Source: an uncultured Gammaproteobacteria bacterium
GTDB taxonomy: Bacteria > Pseudomonadota > Gammaproteobacteria > UBA4575
Assembly: GCA_938074525.1 (NCBI GenBank)
Contig: CALJEX010000040.1
Span: 18 to 64,017 of the forward strand
Direction: 5' to 3'
DNA: 64,000 nucleotides
Below are positions 44,012 to 55,394 of the stretch, piece by piece; positions within the stretch are counted from its first letter, which is position 1; each line of letters starts with the position of its first letter. The translations under genes and the position numbers were made by a program. The notes beneath the pieces were generated by a model. It made no database searches, was not told where the DNA came from, and worked only from the letters and a program-made list of their open reading frames with translations.

Positions 44012-44884
44012 TTAATTGCTGCGTGAGGCAATAGTCTGTCCCATTTTAATCGGTTGATCGATATGTAGTTGTTGTAGTGCTTGCGCATAATTTTTCGAAA
44101 ACATCATGACCACGGTGGAGCCCATATTAAATATGCCTATCTGCTCACCTTTCTCTAGTGATATCGATTGATCTTCATAATTGTAATGCACCACTGTATT
44201 TAAATGTGGTGGTGTGACTAATCCTTCCCAGGCCATTTCAATCGCTGCAACGTTAACAGCACCAACCATGGTGAGTGCCATGTAGCCACCATCAATTTTG
44301 AAAATAGAAGCGACTCTTTCATTACGTGCATATAGTTTCTCAATTGCCTTGGGTGCGTAAGGCGCCACGCTGAATAATCTGCCCGGCACGTAAATCATTT
44401 CTAATAACTGTCCAGAATAGGCGGTATGCACGCGATGGTAATCACGTGGCGATAAGTAAATTGTATAAAAGCTGCCACCAATAAATTTATCTAAATGTTT
44501 GCAGCTAGGCGTTAAAAATTCATTAAGCGTGAATGTTTTGTTTTTAGCTTGGAGTAACGTGTGTTGATCAATGTCGCCAAACATGCTGATTTTGCCATCG
44601 CAGGGAGACACAATAGATGTAATGCTGTCATCGATTGGACGAGTGCCTGGTTTTAAGGTGCGTGTGAAAAATTCATTAAATGTCGAGTATTGTGAGATAT
44701 CTTCAATCGCGGCATCTTTCATATCGACTTTGAAAGTGCTAACAAAAAGATTAATTAATTTTTCAACAAAGGGAAGGCGTTGACGTGTTAGCCAAAAAGT
44801 TATGCGTGATAGTAAGTGGTGTGGGAAGCAGTGAAAAATTAATCCTTTTAGCTTTTCCCAAGTCGTAGCAAGTGCAGGTTCCAT
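44012..44884 (-). CDS. psd: Phosphatidylserine decarboxylase proenzyme
   Basis: 290 aa. LGST-type self-cleavage site (FNMGSTVV). Confidence 0.92.
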   Translation of the reverse strand: MEPALATTWEKLKGLIFHCFPHHLLSRITFWLTRQRLPFVEKLINLFVSTFKVDMKDAAIEDISQYSTFNEFFTRTLKPGTRPIDDSITSIVSPCDGKISMFGDIDQHTLLQAKNKTFTLNEFLTPSCKHLDKFIGGSFYTIYLSPRDYHRVHTAYSGQLLEMIYVPGRLFSVAPYAPKAIEKLYARNERVASIFKIDGGYMALTMVGAVNVAAIEMAWEGLVTPPHLNTVVHYNYEDQSISLEKGEQIGIFNMGSTVVMMFSKNYAQALQQLHIDQPIKMGQTIASRSN

Positions 44885-45528
44885 TAGCGATAAAATTTAC
44901 GAATAGTTAAAAAGTCCTGAGTGATGTCCTCAGTATTATGCGGTGCGCCAAAAACAGCGCTAATTCCTGTGTCGGGTGCAATTAAGAAAATTGAACTACT
45001 ATGATCGACTAAATAATCTGATGATTCTGCTTTAGGCGGTTGCTTAACAGCAATGATACCCATGTTCTTAAGGAAGGGGGTCAATTGTTCTTGCTCAGCG
45101 GTGACACCCAGTGCGTGTTGGCTAAATGCGCTGGTATAAGTCTTTAGCTTGGCAGCTTCATCTCGTTGCGGGTCAACTGATACGAAAATAATTTTTATTT
45201 CGTCTTCTATATTATATGTCGACTTTAGTTTACTTACTGTGGCGCTTAATGTGCCTAGTGTAATTGGACATATATCTGGGCAGTGGGTGAAGCCAAAAAA
45301 CCAGAATGTCCAGACACCTTTGATGCTGTCTGGTGTGAAAGTGTTATTGTTGTGGTCGATTAGAGTGAAATCAGCGATCGCTTTTTGCTGGTCATACAAG
45401 TAGGTTGCTATGGTTAGTTGCTGATTGATGTCGCCTAAAGCGAACTTTTTACCCGAAGCATAAATGCCTAAGCCAATTGATATGACAATTGCTAGGATAA
45501 TTAAGATTGCTTTGTTGATCGCGTTCAT
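44884..45528 (-). CDS. SCO1/SenC-family copper chaperone / thioredoxin-like protein
   Basis: 214 aa. N-terminal TM anchor, then the CPDICP motif (CxxxCP of SCO1/SenC). TAATG overlap with the psd start. Confidence 0.75.
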   Translation of the reverse strand: MNAINKAILIILAIVISIGLGIYASGKKFALGDINQQLTIATYLYDQQKAIADFTLIDHNNNTFTPDSIKGVWTFWFFGFTHCPDICPITLGTLSATVSKLKSTYNIEDEIKIIFVSVDPQRDEAAKLKTYTSAFSQHALGVTAEQEQLTPFLKNMGIIAVKQPPKAESSDYLVDHSSSIFLIAPDTGISAVFGAPHNTEDITQDFLTIRKFYR

Positions 45529-45595
45529 GGTTAATATCTTTGTAAGGCTTAAGTTTACCGTCTTGAATAAAATTTAAATTAAATCTGACCAATTA

Positions 45596-46522
45596 TTGAA
45601 TATGGAAAATTCTATAGCACTGGCTTGTAGTAGCGTGGCAGAAGCGGTGCATGAAATTGCGGACCTTCTACAAAAGTACCCATTAAATTATGGTCACGGC
45701 ATACAAACCTCAATAGATGAGGCCGCGTATCTTGTCAGTTTTGTAGCGGGATTGCCACCCGATTTTGGTGAACAGGCAGCTGCTCATTTACTTGATCAGG
45801 CAGAGGTTGATCGATTGCAAGCTTTTTTGCATAAGCGCATATTTGCTCGGATACCACTAGCTTATTTGCTAGGAGAAACATTGCTGTCAGGGGTGAAATT
45901 TTTTGTTGATCCGCATGTGCTAATTCCGCGTTCGCCTATAGCAGAAATGATAGAAGATCGATTCTTTCCCTGGTGGTCAGACAAACAGCCAGCTCGAAGG
46001 ATTCTAGATTTATGCACTGGCAGCGGTTGTCTGGGGATACTGGCAGCATTGGAATTTGACCATTCTCAAGTCGATGTTAGTGATATTGATCCCAAAGCAT
46101 TGCGGGTGGCTAATAAGAATATTGTCTTTCACGGCATGGAATCGCGCATAAATGCTGTACTTTCAGATGTCTACGAGCAACTTCCCGGCCATCAATATGA
46201 TATTATTGTTGCTAATCCGCCGTATGTTCCTGTGTCAGAGCAGCCAGACTTACCTAGTGAATTCTCCCATGAGCCAGCGCATGCCTTATTTGCTGGTGAG
46301 GACGGCCTCGATATCGCCAAGCGAATCATCTTGGGCGCGAGTCAGTTCCTCGAGCCAAAAGGTATTTTAGTGCTGGAAGTGGGTCAGTCTGCACAAACGC
46401 TGCAAACACAGTTTCCACATTATGATTTCATGTGGCATGAGTTGGAGCATGGTGGTGAGGGAATATGCGTGCTGACCTGTGAAGAATGTAAGCAAATTGT
46501 TGAAACAAATTCTATTGAGTAA
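45596..46522 (+). CDS. prmB: Ribosomal protein L3 glutamine N5-methyltransferase PrmB
   Basis: 308 aa. NPPYV motif. Colinear with E. coli PrmB (YfcB) and located immediately upstream of aroC as in E. coli. Confidence 0.85.
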   Translation: MNMENSIALACSSVAEAVHEIADLLQKYPLNYGHGIQTSIDEAAYLVSFVAGLPPDFGEQAAAHLLDQAEVDRLQAFLHKRIFARIPLAYLLGETLLSGVKFFVDPHVLIPRSPIAEMIEDRFFPWWSDKQPARRILDLCTGSGCLGILAALEFDHSQVDVSDIDPKALRVANKNIVFHGMESRINAVLSDVYEQLPGHQYDIIVANPPYVPVSEQPDLPSEFSHEPAHALFAGEDGLDIAKRIILGASQFLEPKGILVLEVGQSAQTLQTQFPHYDFMWHELEHGGEGICVLTCEECKQIVETNSIE

Positions 46523-46527
46523 ATTAA

Positions 46528-47625
46528 ATGTCCGGTAATACCTTTGGAACTTTATTTTGTGTGACCTCCTTTGGGGAAAGTCATGGACCTGCGATTGGAG
46601 CCATTGTTGACGGCTGTCCTCCTGGTATTCCTCTAACAGAAGAACACTTACAACCAGATTTAGATCGCCGCAAACCAGGACAGTCTAAATTCACAACTCA
46701 ACGACGTGAATCTGATCGCGTTGAAATATTGTCAGGTGTGTTCGAAGGCGTAACCACTGGCACACCAATTGGATTAATGATTCGTAACGAAGATCAACGT
46801 TCCAAAGATTATTCCAATATTGCACAGAGTTTTAGGCCGGGTCATGCGGATTACACATATTTCAAAAAGTATGGCATTCGTGATTACCGAGGCGGTGGCC
46901 GATCTTCTGCTAGAGAAACAGCGATGCGCGTTGCGGCAGGTGCAATAGCGAAACAATTTTTATTGCGTGATTACAACACTGAGATACATGCTTGTGTGAC
47001 GCAGATCGGCGATATTCGTATACAGAATATGAATTGGGGTGGGGTAGAGAGCAATCCATTCTTCTTCGGTGATGATGCGCAAGTACCTAAATTAGAAGCA
47101 TTGCTAGATCAATTGCGCCGCGATGGTGATTCAATTGGTGCGCGTTTAATGGTGCAAGCCAGTGGAGTGCCGGTCGGTTGGGGTGAACCTATCTTTGATC
47201 GTTTAGATGCTGATGTTGCTAAAGCAATGATGTCTATTAATGCGGTGCAAGGCGTGGAGATTGGCTCAGGCTTTGATTGTGTAACACAACGCGGCAGCGA
47301 ACACCGCGATAATATTCAACCAAGCGGCTTTCTGTCGAATAATTCTGGCGGCACCTTAGGTGGAATTAGTTCAGGCCAAGATGTGATTGCTTCAATTGCA
47401 CTAAAGCCAACGTCTAGTATTCGTGTGCCAGGGGAGTCTGTTGATGAGCAGGGAAAGCAAACAGAAGTCGTGACTACGGGACGCCATGATCCATGTGTAG
47501 GGATACGTGCAGTGCCTATTGCGGAAGCAATGATGGCATTAGTGTTAGCCGATCACGCGATACGTCATCGTGGTCAAAATGCCAAAGTCAGTACTGACTT
47601 TCCAGATATTCCTGCATCTAAATAA
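46528..47625 (+). CDS. aroC: Chorismate synthase
   Basis: 365 aa. [25 protein letters not shown]-terminus, and the [14 protein letters not shown] motif. Confidence 0.96.
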   Translation: MSGNTFGTLFCVTSFGESHGPAIGAIVDGCPPGIPLTEEHLQPDLDRRKPGQSKFTTQRRESDRVEILSGVFEGVTTGTPIGLMIRNEDQRSKDYSNIAQSFRPGHADYTYFKKYGIRDYRGGGRSSARETAMRVAAGAIAKQFLLRDYNTEIHACVTQIGDIRIQNMNWGGVESNPFFFGDDAQVPKLEALLDQLRRDGDSIGARLMVQASGVPVGWGEPIFDRLDADVAKAMMSINAVQGVEIGSGFDCVTQRGSEHRDNIQPSGFLSNNSGGTLGGISSGQDVIASIALKPTSSIRVPGESVDEQGKQTEVVTTGRHDPCVGIRAVPIAEAMMALVLADHAIRHRGQNAKVSTDFPDIPASK

Positions 47626-47712
47626 ATAGCATCTGAGTAAAATAACAATCGGATTTTTAAAATTCGATGAATATTAATTTAATCGACAAAACGAAATAAG
47701 CAATAAATATCC

Positions 47713-49122
47713 ATGACTGCATTATCTTTATACGACAAGCTTTGGAATTCTCACGTAGTGCATACGCAGGATGACGGCACTAGTCTGATCTATATTGATC
47801 GGCATTTAGTACATGAAGTCACATCTCCTCAAGCGTTTGAGGGTTTGCGTTTAGCAGGCCGAGTGCCATGGCGTAAAGCTTCGATTCTTGCGGTACCAGA
47901 TCATAATGTGCCGACAACGGATCGAGATAAGGAAATTGCTGACCCTGTGTCACGCAAACAATTACAAGCACTAGATCAAAACTGTGATTTCTTTGCGCTG
48001 CAAAAATTTGAAATGAATGATCCGCGTCAGGGCATTGTGCATGTGATCGGACCAGAGCAGGGAGCGAGTTTGCCGGGTATGACAATAGTTTGTGGTGACT
48101 CGCATACGTCTACGCATGGTGCATTAGCTGCGTTGTCTTTTGGTATTGGTACTTCTGAAGTGGAGCATGTGTTAGCAACCCAGTGTTTATTGCTAAGGAA
48201 AACCAAATCAATGCGCGTAAATGTCAGCGGAGCATTACCCAAAGGTGTTTACTCAAAAGATATCGTGCTGGCGTTAATCGCCAAGATTGGCACTGCAGGT
48301 GGTAATGGCCACACTATCGAGTTTTGTGGTGAGACGATTGAAAAACTATCTATAGAAGCGCGCATGACGATTTGTAATATGTCGATCGAAGCAGGTGCGC
48401 GTGCAGGTGTGATTGGCGTAGACGATAAAACTATTGAATATATTGCTGGGCGTCCATTTGCGCCTAAAGACGCAATGTGGGATGCCGCAGTAAAGTCCTG
48501 GCGTCAACTGGTCTCAGATGAGGGTGCTAATTTTGATAGCACAGTCGATTTAGATGCTAGCCAATTAAGCCCCCAAGTGAGTTGGGGAACGTCGCCAGAA
48601 ATGGTAGTGCCGGTTGATGGTGTCGTGCCTGACCCTGATCAAGAGCCTAATGCGACTAAAGCAGAGGGAATGAGGAATGCACTGACTTACATGGGACTAA
48701 CACCTGGGCAAGCAGTTAATCAAATTAATATAGATAAGATTTTCATTGGTTCGTGTACCAATTCTAGAATTGAAGATCTGCGTGTAGCGGCGCAAGTAGT
48801 GAAGGGTAAAACACTCGCCAGTAATATTAAGTTGGCAATAATTGTTCCCGGTTCAGGCTTAGTCAAGCGACAAGCTGAACAAGAAGGGTTAGATCAAATA
48901 TTCAAAGCGGCTGGCTTTGAATGGCGTGATCCTGGCTGTTCTATGTGCTTAGGCATGAATGCAGACCAGCTTGAGTCAGGCGAACGTTGTGCGTCAACTT
49001 CAAATAGAAATTTTGAAGGTCGCCAAGGGCAGGGTGGTCGTACACATCTGGTTAGTCCTGCGATGGCGGCAGCTGCCGGAATTGCGGGTCACTTTGATGA
49101 TGCGCGCAAATATTTTAATTAA
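47713..49122 (+). CDS. leuC: 3-isopropylmalate dehydratase large subunit
   Basis: 469 aa, aconitase family. Cluster-binding cysteines in [12 protein letters not shown] and [11 protein letters not shown]. Confidence 0.96.
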   Translation: MTALSLYDKLWNSHVVHTQDDGTSLIYIDRHLVHEVTSPQAFEGLRLAGRVPWRKASILAVPDHNVPTTDRDKEIADPVSRKQLQALDQNCDFFALQKFEMNDPRQGIVHVIGPEQGASLPGMTIVCGDSHTSTHGALAALSFGIGTSEVEHVLATQCLLLRKTKSMRVNVSGALPKGVYSKDIVLALIAKIGTAGGNGHTIEFCGETIEKLSIEARMTICNMSIEAGARAGVIGVDDKTIEYIAGRPFAPKDAMWDAAVKSWRQLVSDEGANFDSTVDLDASQLSPQVSWGTSPEMVVPVDGVVPDPDQEPNATKAEGMRNALTYMGLTPGQAVNQINIDKIFIGSCTNSRIEDLRVAAQVVKGKTLASNIKLAIIVPGSGLVKRQAEQEGLDQIFKAAGFEWRDPGCSMCLGMNADQLESGERCASTSNRNFEGRQGQGGRTHLVSPAMAAAAGIAGHFDDARKYFN

Positions 49123-49133
49123 AGAGTTTAACT

Positions 49134-49778
49134 ATGGAAGCATTTACTAAACTGACATCAAGTTTGTTGCCATTGGATCGACCTAATGTTGATACTGACG
49201 CAATTATTCCTAAGCAATATTTGAAGTCTGTAAAAAAGAGTGGTTTTGGGATTAACCTGTTTGATGATTGGCGTTACTTGGATCCAGGTGAGCCTGATCA
49301 AGATAATAGTCAGCGCCGTCTTGATAAAGATTTCATTCTCAATAATGATCAATATAAAAATGCACAAATACTGTTAGCGCGAGATAATTATGGCTGTGGA
49401 TCGTCACGAGAACATGCTGTGTGGGCAATGTTGGATTACGGTTTTCGTGCGGTTATTTCAACTAGCTTTGCTGACATATTTTTTAGCAACTGTTTTAAAA
49501 ATGGAATGCTCCCTATCGTTCTTAAAAAAAGTGAAGTCGATAAGTTATTTGAAGCAAGCTTGAATGATCCTGATTATTCAATTTCTATAGATTTGGAGAA
49601 GCAACAGGTAGTCGCTGATGGTATTGGTAGTTGTCAGTTTGATATTGATGAATTTCTTAAACACTGCATGCTTAATGGCTTAGATGAGATCGGTATTACA
49701 CTACAATATGAAGACAAAATTCATGCTTACGAAGAAAGATTAAAACAATCATCACCGTGGTTATTTGCTCATGACTAA
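49134..49778 (+). CDS. leuD: 3-isopropylmalate dehydratase small subunit
   Basis: 214 aa. LeuD swivel-domain sequence (GCGSSREHA). Overlaps the leuB start by 14 nt. Confidence 0.95.
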   Translation: MEAFTKLTSSLLPLDRPNVDTDAIIPKQYLKSVKKSGFGINLFDDWRYLDPGEPDQDNSQRRLDKDFILNNDQYKNAQILLARDNYGCGSSREHAVWAMLDYGFRAVISTSFADIFFSNCFKNGMLPIVLKKSEVDKLFEASLNDPDYSISIDLEKQQVVADGIGSCQFDIDEFLKHCMLNGLDEIGITLQYEDKIHAYEERLKQSSPWLFAHD

Positions 49779-50868
49779 TTCAAATACACCTAAAATACTC
49801 ATATTACCTGGCGATGGTATCGGTCCAGAAATTGTTGATGAAGCGGTTAAGGTGCTTGAGTGCTTGCGTGGAAATGGATTGTTAGTTGAGGTTGAGCATG
49901 GTCTCATTGGAGGTGCTGCATATGATGAAACTCGTTCGCCATTCCCTGAACAAACTATTGCACAGGCGGAAAGCTGTGACGCCATTTTGTTGGGCGCCGT
50001 GGGTGGTCCTCAATACGATGAGGTGGAAAGACATCTGCGTCCTGAGCAAGGCTTGCTAGATATACGTGCGCATTTAAATTTGTTCGCAAATTTGCGTCCA
50101 GCATTATTGTATGCCGAGCTGGCGTCAGCCTCGTCTTTGAAGCCGGAGCTTGTGGCGAATCTAGATTTGCTGATTGTAAGAGAGCTTACTGGGGGAATTT
50201 ATTTTGGTCAGCCGCGTGAGCAACTGATAGAGAATAATGTGCGCCGTGCATATAACACTATGGTGTATGACGAAAATGAAATAAGCCGCATTGCTCATGT
50301 CGCATTTCTAGCCGCACAAAAACGTGATAAGCGCTTATGCTCGGTAGATAAAGCAAATGTGTTAGAAGTGTCTTTGCTCTGGCGCGAGGTAATGGAAGAA
50401 GTGCATCAACAGTATCCTGACGTCGAACTCAGTCATATGTATGTAGATAATGCAGCTATGCAGTTAGTTAGAGCACCTAAACAATTTGATGTCATGGTGA
50501 CTTCAAATTTATTCGGCGACATACTTTCAGATGCAGCAGCGATGTTGACTGGCTCAATTGGTATGCTGCCATCCGCGTCTTTAAATCAAGAAAATAAAGG
50601 CATGTATGAACCAATTCATGGATCAGCGCCGGACATTGCAGGCCAAGGTATCGCGAATCCTTTGGCAACGATTTTATCGCTTGCCATGTTGTTGCGCTAT
50701 TCGTTAAATCAAGAGATGGCAGCACAAAATATTGAGCAAGCTGTGATTGCTACTTTGCAGCAAGGTGCGCGTACACAAGACATTGTTGATGGAAATATTC
50801 AGGCAGTTTCTACCAGTGATATGGGCAATGCCGTGTTAGTAAATCTACAAAAAATTATATCTGTTTAA
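49765..50868 (+). CDS. leuB: 3-isopropylmalate dehydrogenase
   Basis: 367 aa. [15 protein letters not shown]-terminus and NLFGDILSD signature. Confidence 0.96.
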   Translation: MLMTNSNTPKILILPGDGIGPEIVDEAVKVLECLRGNGLLVEVEHGLIGGAAYDETRSPFPEQTIAQAESCDAILLGAVGGPQYDEVERHLRPEQGLLDIRAHLNLFANLRPALLYAELASASSLKPELVANLDLLIVRELTGGIYFGQPREQLIENNVRRAYNTMVYDENEISRIAHVAFLAAQKRDKRLCSVDKANVLEVSLLWREVMEEVHQQYPDVELSHMYVDNAAMQLVRAPKQFDVMVTSNLFGDILSDAAAMLTGSIGMLPSASLNQENKGMYEPIHGSAPDIAGQGIANPLATILSLAMLLRYSLNQEMAAQNIEQAVIATLQQGARTQDIVDGNIQAVSTSDMGNAVLVNLQKIISV

Positions 50869-50900
50869 GATTCAAATTTAAGAAAGTTTAAGGAAGCGTT

Positions 50901-51923
50901 ATGGCTAAAAAATATGATGTTGCTGTTGTCGGTGCGACAGGTGCTGTCGGCGAGGTAATGCTATCAATTCTCGCGCAGCGTAAATTCCCAGTGGGGAATG
51001 TTTATGCATTAGCTAGTGAGCGTTCAGTAGGTAAACCCGTGCCTTTTGGTGGTCGCTGTTTAGAAGCTCAAGATTTAGCCAAGTTTGATTTTTCTCAAGT
51101 GCAAATCGGGTTATTTTCTCCAGGCGCCTCAGTGTCAGATATTTATGCGCCGATTGCTGCTGAAAAAGGTTGCGTAGTGATCGATAACACTTCCAGATTT
51201 CGATATGAAGATGACATTCCATTGGTTGTCCCCGAGGTTAATCCTCATGCGATTGCGGATTATAAAAATCGCGGGATTATTGCCAACCCAAATTGCTCGA
51301 CCATTCAAATGTTGGTGGCTTTGAAGCCGATTCATGATGCGGTTGGCATTGAGAGAATTAACGTTGCAACCTACCAAGCTGTGTCCGGGACTGGTAAAGA
51401 GGCGATTGATGAATTGGAAGCTCAAACTCAAGCGATTATGGCTAATGAGCCGTTGAATTGTCACGTCTATCCGAAACAAATTGCTTTTAACGCACTGCCA
51501 CATATAGATATATTCCAGGATAACGGATACACCAAGGAAGAGATGAAAATGGTATGGGAAACACACAAGATTATGGGTGATGACAGCATCCGTGTGAATC
51601 CTACCGCCGTCAGAATTCCTGTGAAATTTGGCCACTCCGAAGCCGTACATTTGGAACTTAAAAAGCCAATGACTGCAACACAGGCGAAAGAAGTGTTGGG
51701 CAAAGCGCCAGGGATCGTGGTCATGGACGAGAGACGAGATGGAGGCTATCCCACTGCTGCTACAGATGCAGATGGAACAGATCCAGTGTTTGTTGGCCGC
51801 ATACGAGAAGATATTTCACATCCTAGAGGTCTCAACATGTGGATAGTGAGCGATAACGTGCGAAAAGGGGCCGCTTTAAATAGTATCCAGATCGCAGAAT
51901 TTTTGATCGAAAATCATATATAA
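50901..51923 (+). CDS. asd: Aspartate-semialdehyde dehydrogenase
   Basis: 340 aa. VAVVGATGAVG Rossmann motif and the active-site NPNCSTI. asd-fimV-truA synteny. Confidence 0.95.
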   Translation: MAKKYDVAVVGATGAVGEVMLSILAQRKFPVGNVYALASERSVGKPVPFGGRCLEAQDLAKFDFSQVQIGLFSPGASVSDIYAPIAAEKGCVVIDNTSRFRYEDDIPLVVPEVNPHAIADYKNRGIIANPNCSTIQMLVALKPIHDAVGIERINVATYQAVSGTGKEAIDELEAQTQAIMANEPLNCHVYPKQIAFNALPHIDIFQDNGYTKEEMKMVWETHKIMGDDSIRVNPTAVRIPVKFGHSEAVHLELKKPMTATQAKEVLGKAPGIVVMDERRDGGYPTAATDADGTDPVFVGRIREDISHPRGLNMWIVSDNVRKGAALNSIQIAEFLIENHI

Positions 51924-51984
51924 TTTAAATTAGTATCGTGAGTTACTCATTTAACTTAAAGTAGAATCTTTATATAACTTGATA

Positions 51985-51998
51985 ATTCACTAGTGAAT
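51985..51998. promoter_or_regulatory. Perfect 14-bp palindrome ATTCACTAGTGAAT about 30 nt upstream of the fimV start
   Basis: Self-complementary sequence seen directly in the asd-fimV intergenic region. A GGGGGA Shine-Dalgarno follows at 52015..52020. Confidence 0.3.
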
Positions 51999-52028
51999 AT
52001 ACAAAAAGTAATCATGGGGGATACAAGA

Positions 52029-55000
52029 ATGCATAAGAAGATTGTGGCACTTACCTTATTGGCCACTCTGCTTGTTGGAAGCCCCGGGCTCGTTTTCGCA
52101 TTTGGATTGGGTGAGATCGAAATTAACTCAGCACTCAATCAACCAATGGATGCAGAGATTGATTTGGTAGGTTTCAGCGCAGCCACTATCGATGAAGTTC
52201 AAGTTGAACTGGCAAGCCAACAGATGTTTGAACGAGTTGGTGTACCACGTCCATATATTCTGACTCGCTTGAAGTTCACGCCAATGATCTCCAATGGCAA
52301 ACCAGTTATTAAAGTAACTTCAACTGATGCTGTACGTGAACCCTTCCTTACGTTCCTAGTCGATGTGCGTTGGGCGAAAGGTAAGTTACTTAGAGAATAC
52401 GCAGTAATGCTAGACCCACCAGTATTTGGTGAGAAAGCGAAAGCAACAATCCAAGCGCCAAAGGTAGCAACGCAAGCAGCAAAGCCTGCACCTGTTGCAA
52501 AAAAGCCAGTATCTAAACCACGCACGGTGGTTAATGCTCCAGCACCGAAAGTGCCTGCTCCAAGTGTGCGTCCCAATCAAGCAGCTGTACCCAGTACAGC
52601 ATCTAAACCAGTCCCGCTAAAAAAAACAGATTCCAGGCCAGTTAGACGTGGAGATACTCTTTGGAGTATCGCTGAGCCATATGCGCGTGAGAATGGTGTA
52701 AGCGTTAATCAAATGATGTTGGCTATTCAAGAAGCCAATCCACAAAGTTTCGCGAAAAATAATATTAATAATCTTAAGTCTGGTGTCGTTCTGCGTATTC
52801 CCGCAGATCAAGCGTCAAAATATTCTGCACGTGAAGCACTTGCAGAAGTTCAACGTCAATGGCAAGTATGGAAGCAAGGAACATCAGCTGATTCTGGTGC
52901 CGTGAATGTTGATGCTGGCGATGTGGTTGACAGTGAAGTGATGGAAACTCCTCAACCTGAGCAAGGACAGTCAAAAAGTACCGATTCTTCTTTGTCTATT
53001 TTAGGTGAAGGTGATGCTGCTGATGGTAAAACTGGTGACGATGCTAATGCCACTCTAAAAGAGTTGCGCAGGCAAGTGAGCTTGCTTAAGGAAAACACAG
53101 AATCGAAAGGCCAAGAAAATATTGAGCTTAAAGGCCGTATAGAAACACTCGAATCAATGATTAAAAAGCAGGAAGATATTATTAGCCTGCAGAATGAACA
53201 ATTAGCCCAATTGCAAAATACCCTGGCAACAGATAATTCTGATTCATTGGCACAGCCTGGGGCAGAAGAAAAAGTAATGGATGCTGCTGAACAAGCAGTT
53301 GCAACAGCAGAGAATCAAGTTGAAGAGCTAGCAGCAGAAGTTGATGCTAAATCTGAGCAAGGCATTAAAGCGGCATTGGTTGAGCCGTTGCCTGACTTCT
53401 CTGGTCCAATTCCTGAAGAATTCCTAGCTGCTGAGCAAGAAGCACAAGAAAGTTTGGTTGCACAAGCAGAAGTTGCGCCAAAGGAAATAGCGCCTGTAGA
53501 AACTGTGGCAGAAGTTTCATTTATCGAAAAAATTAAAACAATAATCCAAGATCAAGGTAAGACATTACTATATGCAGGTGGTGCATTGATTGTGCTTCTA
53601 TTGGGTTGGTTAGGCATCAAGCGGCGTAATGCAAATGTAGAAGATAGTAGTCTTGAAGCAAATGGATTGCCGGCTTTTGAAGATGAGCCGTCAATAGATG
53701 AAATGCTTGATGACACTGTTGTTGCTACGACTGATGATAATGTTGATGAAGTGTTAGATGATCTTGAAACTGTCGATGCACAAGGTGAGCCAGAGGAAAG
53801 TGTATTTGTTGGTGAGGATCCGAATGCGCCTGTAGCTAGTGATGATGTATTGGCTGAGGCCGACGTCTACATTTCTTACGGCTTATATCAACAAGCAGAA
53901 GAGCTTCTAAAAGAAGGTCTGGTCAAAGAGCCTGATAATGCAAATTACCAAGTAAAATTAGCCGAAATTTATTACGCTGATAAGAAGTCTGATGAATTTG
54001 TGCAACATGTAGAAGCGATGGAATCCGGTATGGATAAGCAATCGCCTGAGTGGGCTAAAATCGCTTCGTTAGGCGCAGCACTAGTCCCAGCACATGCTTT
54101 ATTTGCAGGGGCAGATGGATCATCGGCTGTCGCCGACGAAACACCTGCGTTTGCTGCAGATTCAACAGAAGACGTTGCAGAAACCGAAACCGATGACATA
54201 AGTGATTTCAGTATGGCTTCCGAAGATATGGAAGACTTTGATAGCGATGATCTTGACGACAACTCGCTTGATTTCACTTTCGATGATGATGGTGAGTTAA
54301 GTGATGGTGTATCTCAAGCTCTTGAAGATTCGTCAGCTGACGAAACACAGGCATTTGCAGCAGATCCAGAAGAAGACATACTAGAAGAGTCTTCTACCGC
54401 AATACTCGAAGCAGGATTGGATTTTGAAGATAATGATGCATCTACTGCCAGTTCTGGTGCTGATGATGAAACGTTAGCATTTGATAGTAATGATGTGGGT
54501 TCATCAAACGAGACAAGTGATGACAATGATGTGTTCTTGGACTTTGATGGGGATGCGTTAGAGAATGAATTGAATTCTTCAGTGGGTCATGATGGTGAGA
54601 CAGAAATGCTAGATGCGTCGTTGCTAACAGGATCAGATGCGGATTTAGATCTTGATGATGCGATTGATCTTGGTGATGATTTGAATACTGAATCTACTAA
54701 TGTGGGTATTAAAATCGATAACGATCTTGATGATATGTTGGATGGTGAGAATTCAGAGACAGCAATGTTTGATAGTTCTTTGTTTGATGTGAATAGCCCT
54801 GAAGCTAAGGCTTTCGCAGGCGGAGACGAAAGTGAGCGTGTTGATGAAGATACGGTAAGTCTAGAACAAGTACAGGAGAATCTAACAGCAGAACTTGAAA
54901 CATTAAGCTTCGATCCTTATGATATTGACCCTGAGAACATGGAAGAAGATTCACTGCCGACATTGCAGACTTCTGAGCTCGGTAAGCCGGATCTAGATAT

Positions 55001-55316
55001 TGATGATCTAAATGAGAGTTTAACTGCTAGCGAAACCGGTACGTTTGAAAAAGATATGCTTACAGATGATGTTACTGAGCAATTTGATGTCGGTAATATT
55101 GATTCAACCATGACTGATCTCGGTGAATTCGGAGATGATTATGAGTTAGAGAATCCATCTGTGATTGAAGAGGTTGGAACAAAGTTAGACTTAGCTAAAG
55201 CTTTCGTTGATATGGGTGATGAGGATGCTGCCAAAGAGACTCTCACTGAAGTGATGGAGCAGGGCGACTCAACTCAAATCCAACAAGCAAAGGATTTGCT
55301 AGATAAGTTAAATTAA
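52029..55316 (+). CDS. fimV: Peptidoglycan-binding (LysM) pilus/polar-organising protein FimV/HubP family
   Basis: Start moved to ATG 52029 (signal peptide MHKKIVALTLLATLLVGSPGLVFA; SD GGGGGA upstream); the track ORF starts at GTG 51993. FimV N-terminal motif FGLGEIEINSALNQP. LysM (RRGDTLWSIAE...LKSGVVLRIP). Coiled coil. One TM (LLYAGGALIVLLLGWLGI). Very acidic repetitive cytoplasmic region. Conserved FimV C-terminal motif LDLAKAFVDMGDEDAAKETLTEVMEQGD. Confidence 0.82.
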   Translation: MHKKIVALTLLATLLVGSPGLVFAFGLGEIEINSALNQPMDAEIDLVGFSAATIDEVQVELASQQMFERVGVPRPYILTRLKFTPMISNGKPVIKVTSTDAVREPFLTFLVDVRWAKGKLLREYAVMLDPPVFGEKAKATIQAPKVATQAAKPAPVAKKPVSKPRTVVNAPAPKVPAPSVRPNQAAVPSTASKPVPLKKTDSRPVRRGDTLWSIAEPYARENGVSVNQMMLAIQEANPQSFAKNNINNLKSGVVLRIPADQASKYSAREALAEVQRQWQVWKQGTSADSGAVNVDAGDVVDSEVMETPQPEQGQSKSTDSSLSILGEGDAADGKTGDDANATLKELRRQVSLLKENTESKGQENIELKGRIETLESMIKKQEDIISLQNEQLAQLQNTLATDNSDSLAQPGAEEKVMDAAEQAVATAENQVEELAAEVDAKSEQGIKAALVEPLPDFSGPIPEEFLAAEQEAQESLVAQAEVAPKEIAPVETVAEVSFIEKIKTIIQDQGKTLLYAGGALIVLLLGWLGIKRRNANVEDSSLEANGLPAFEDEPSIDEMLDDTVVATTDDNVDEVLDDLETVDAQGEPEESVFVGEDPNAPVASDDVLAEADVYISYGLYQQAEELLKEGLVKEPDNANYQVKLAEIYYADKKSDEFVQHVEAMESGMDKQSPEWAKIASLGAALVPAHALFAGADGSSAVADETPAFAADSTEDVAETETDDISDFSMASEDMEDFDSDDLDDNSLDFTFDDDGELSDGVSQALEDSSADETQAFAADPEEDILEESSTAILEAGLDFEDNDASTASSGADDETLAFDSNDVGSSNETSDDNDVFLDFDGDALENELNSSVGHDGETEMLDASLLTGSDADLDLDDAIDLGDDLNTESTNVGIKIDNDLDDMLDGENSETAMFDSSLFDVNSPEAKAFAGGDESERVDEDTVSLEQVQENLTAELETLSFDPYDIDPENMEEDSLPTLQTSELGKPDLDIDDLNESLTASETGTFEKDMLTDDVTEQFDVGNIDSTMTDLGEFGDDYELENPSVIEEVGTKLDLAKAFVDMGDEDAAKETLTEVMEQGDSTQIQQAKDLLDKLN

Positions 55317-55394
55317 ATGTAACTTCTCATAACAAGTTAGTTAAGAAAGCCTCAGTGTGTACACTGGGGCTTTCTTGGTTTTAGCAATAAATAT

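Noticed and set aside
47667-47699. 10-codon ORF (MNINLIDKTK) upstream of leuC as a leucine attenuator leader
   Set aside because: It contains only one Leu codon and no run of Leu codons. No terminator/antiterminator hairpins are evident in the 87-nt leader.
53600-55200. fimV acidic repeat region as a CRISPR array or non-coding tandem repeat
   Set aside because: It is in-frame coding low-complexity sequence within a single long ORF. The repeats are degenerate and irregularly spaced (204 and 124 nt), with no direct-repeat/spacer architecture.
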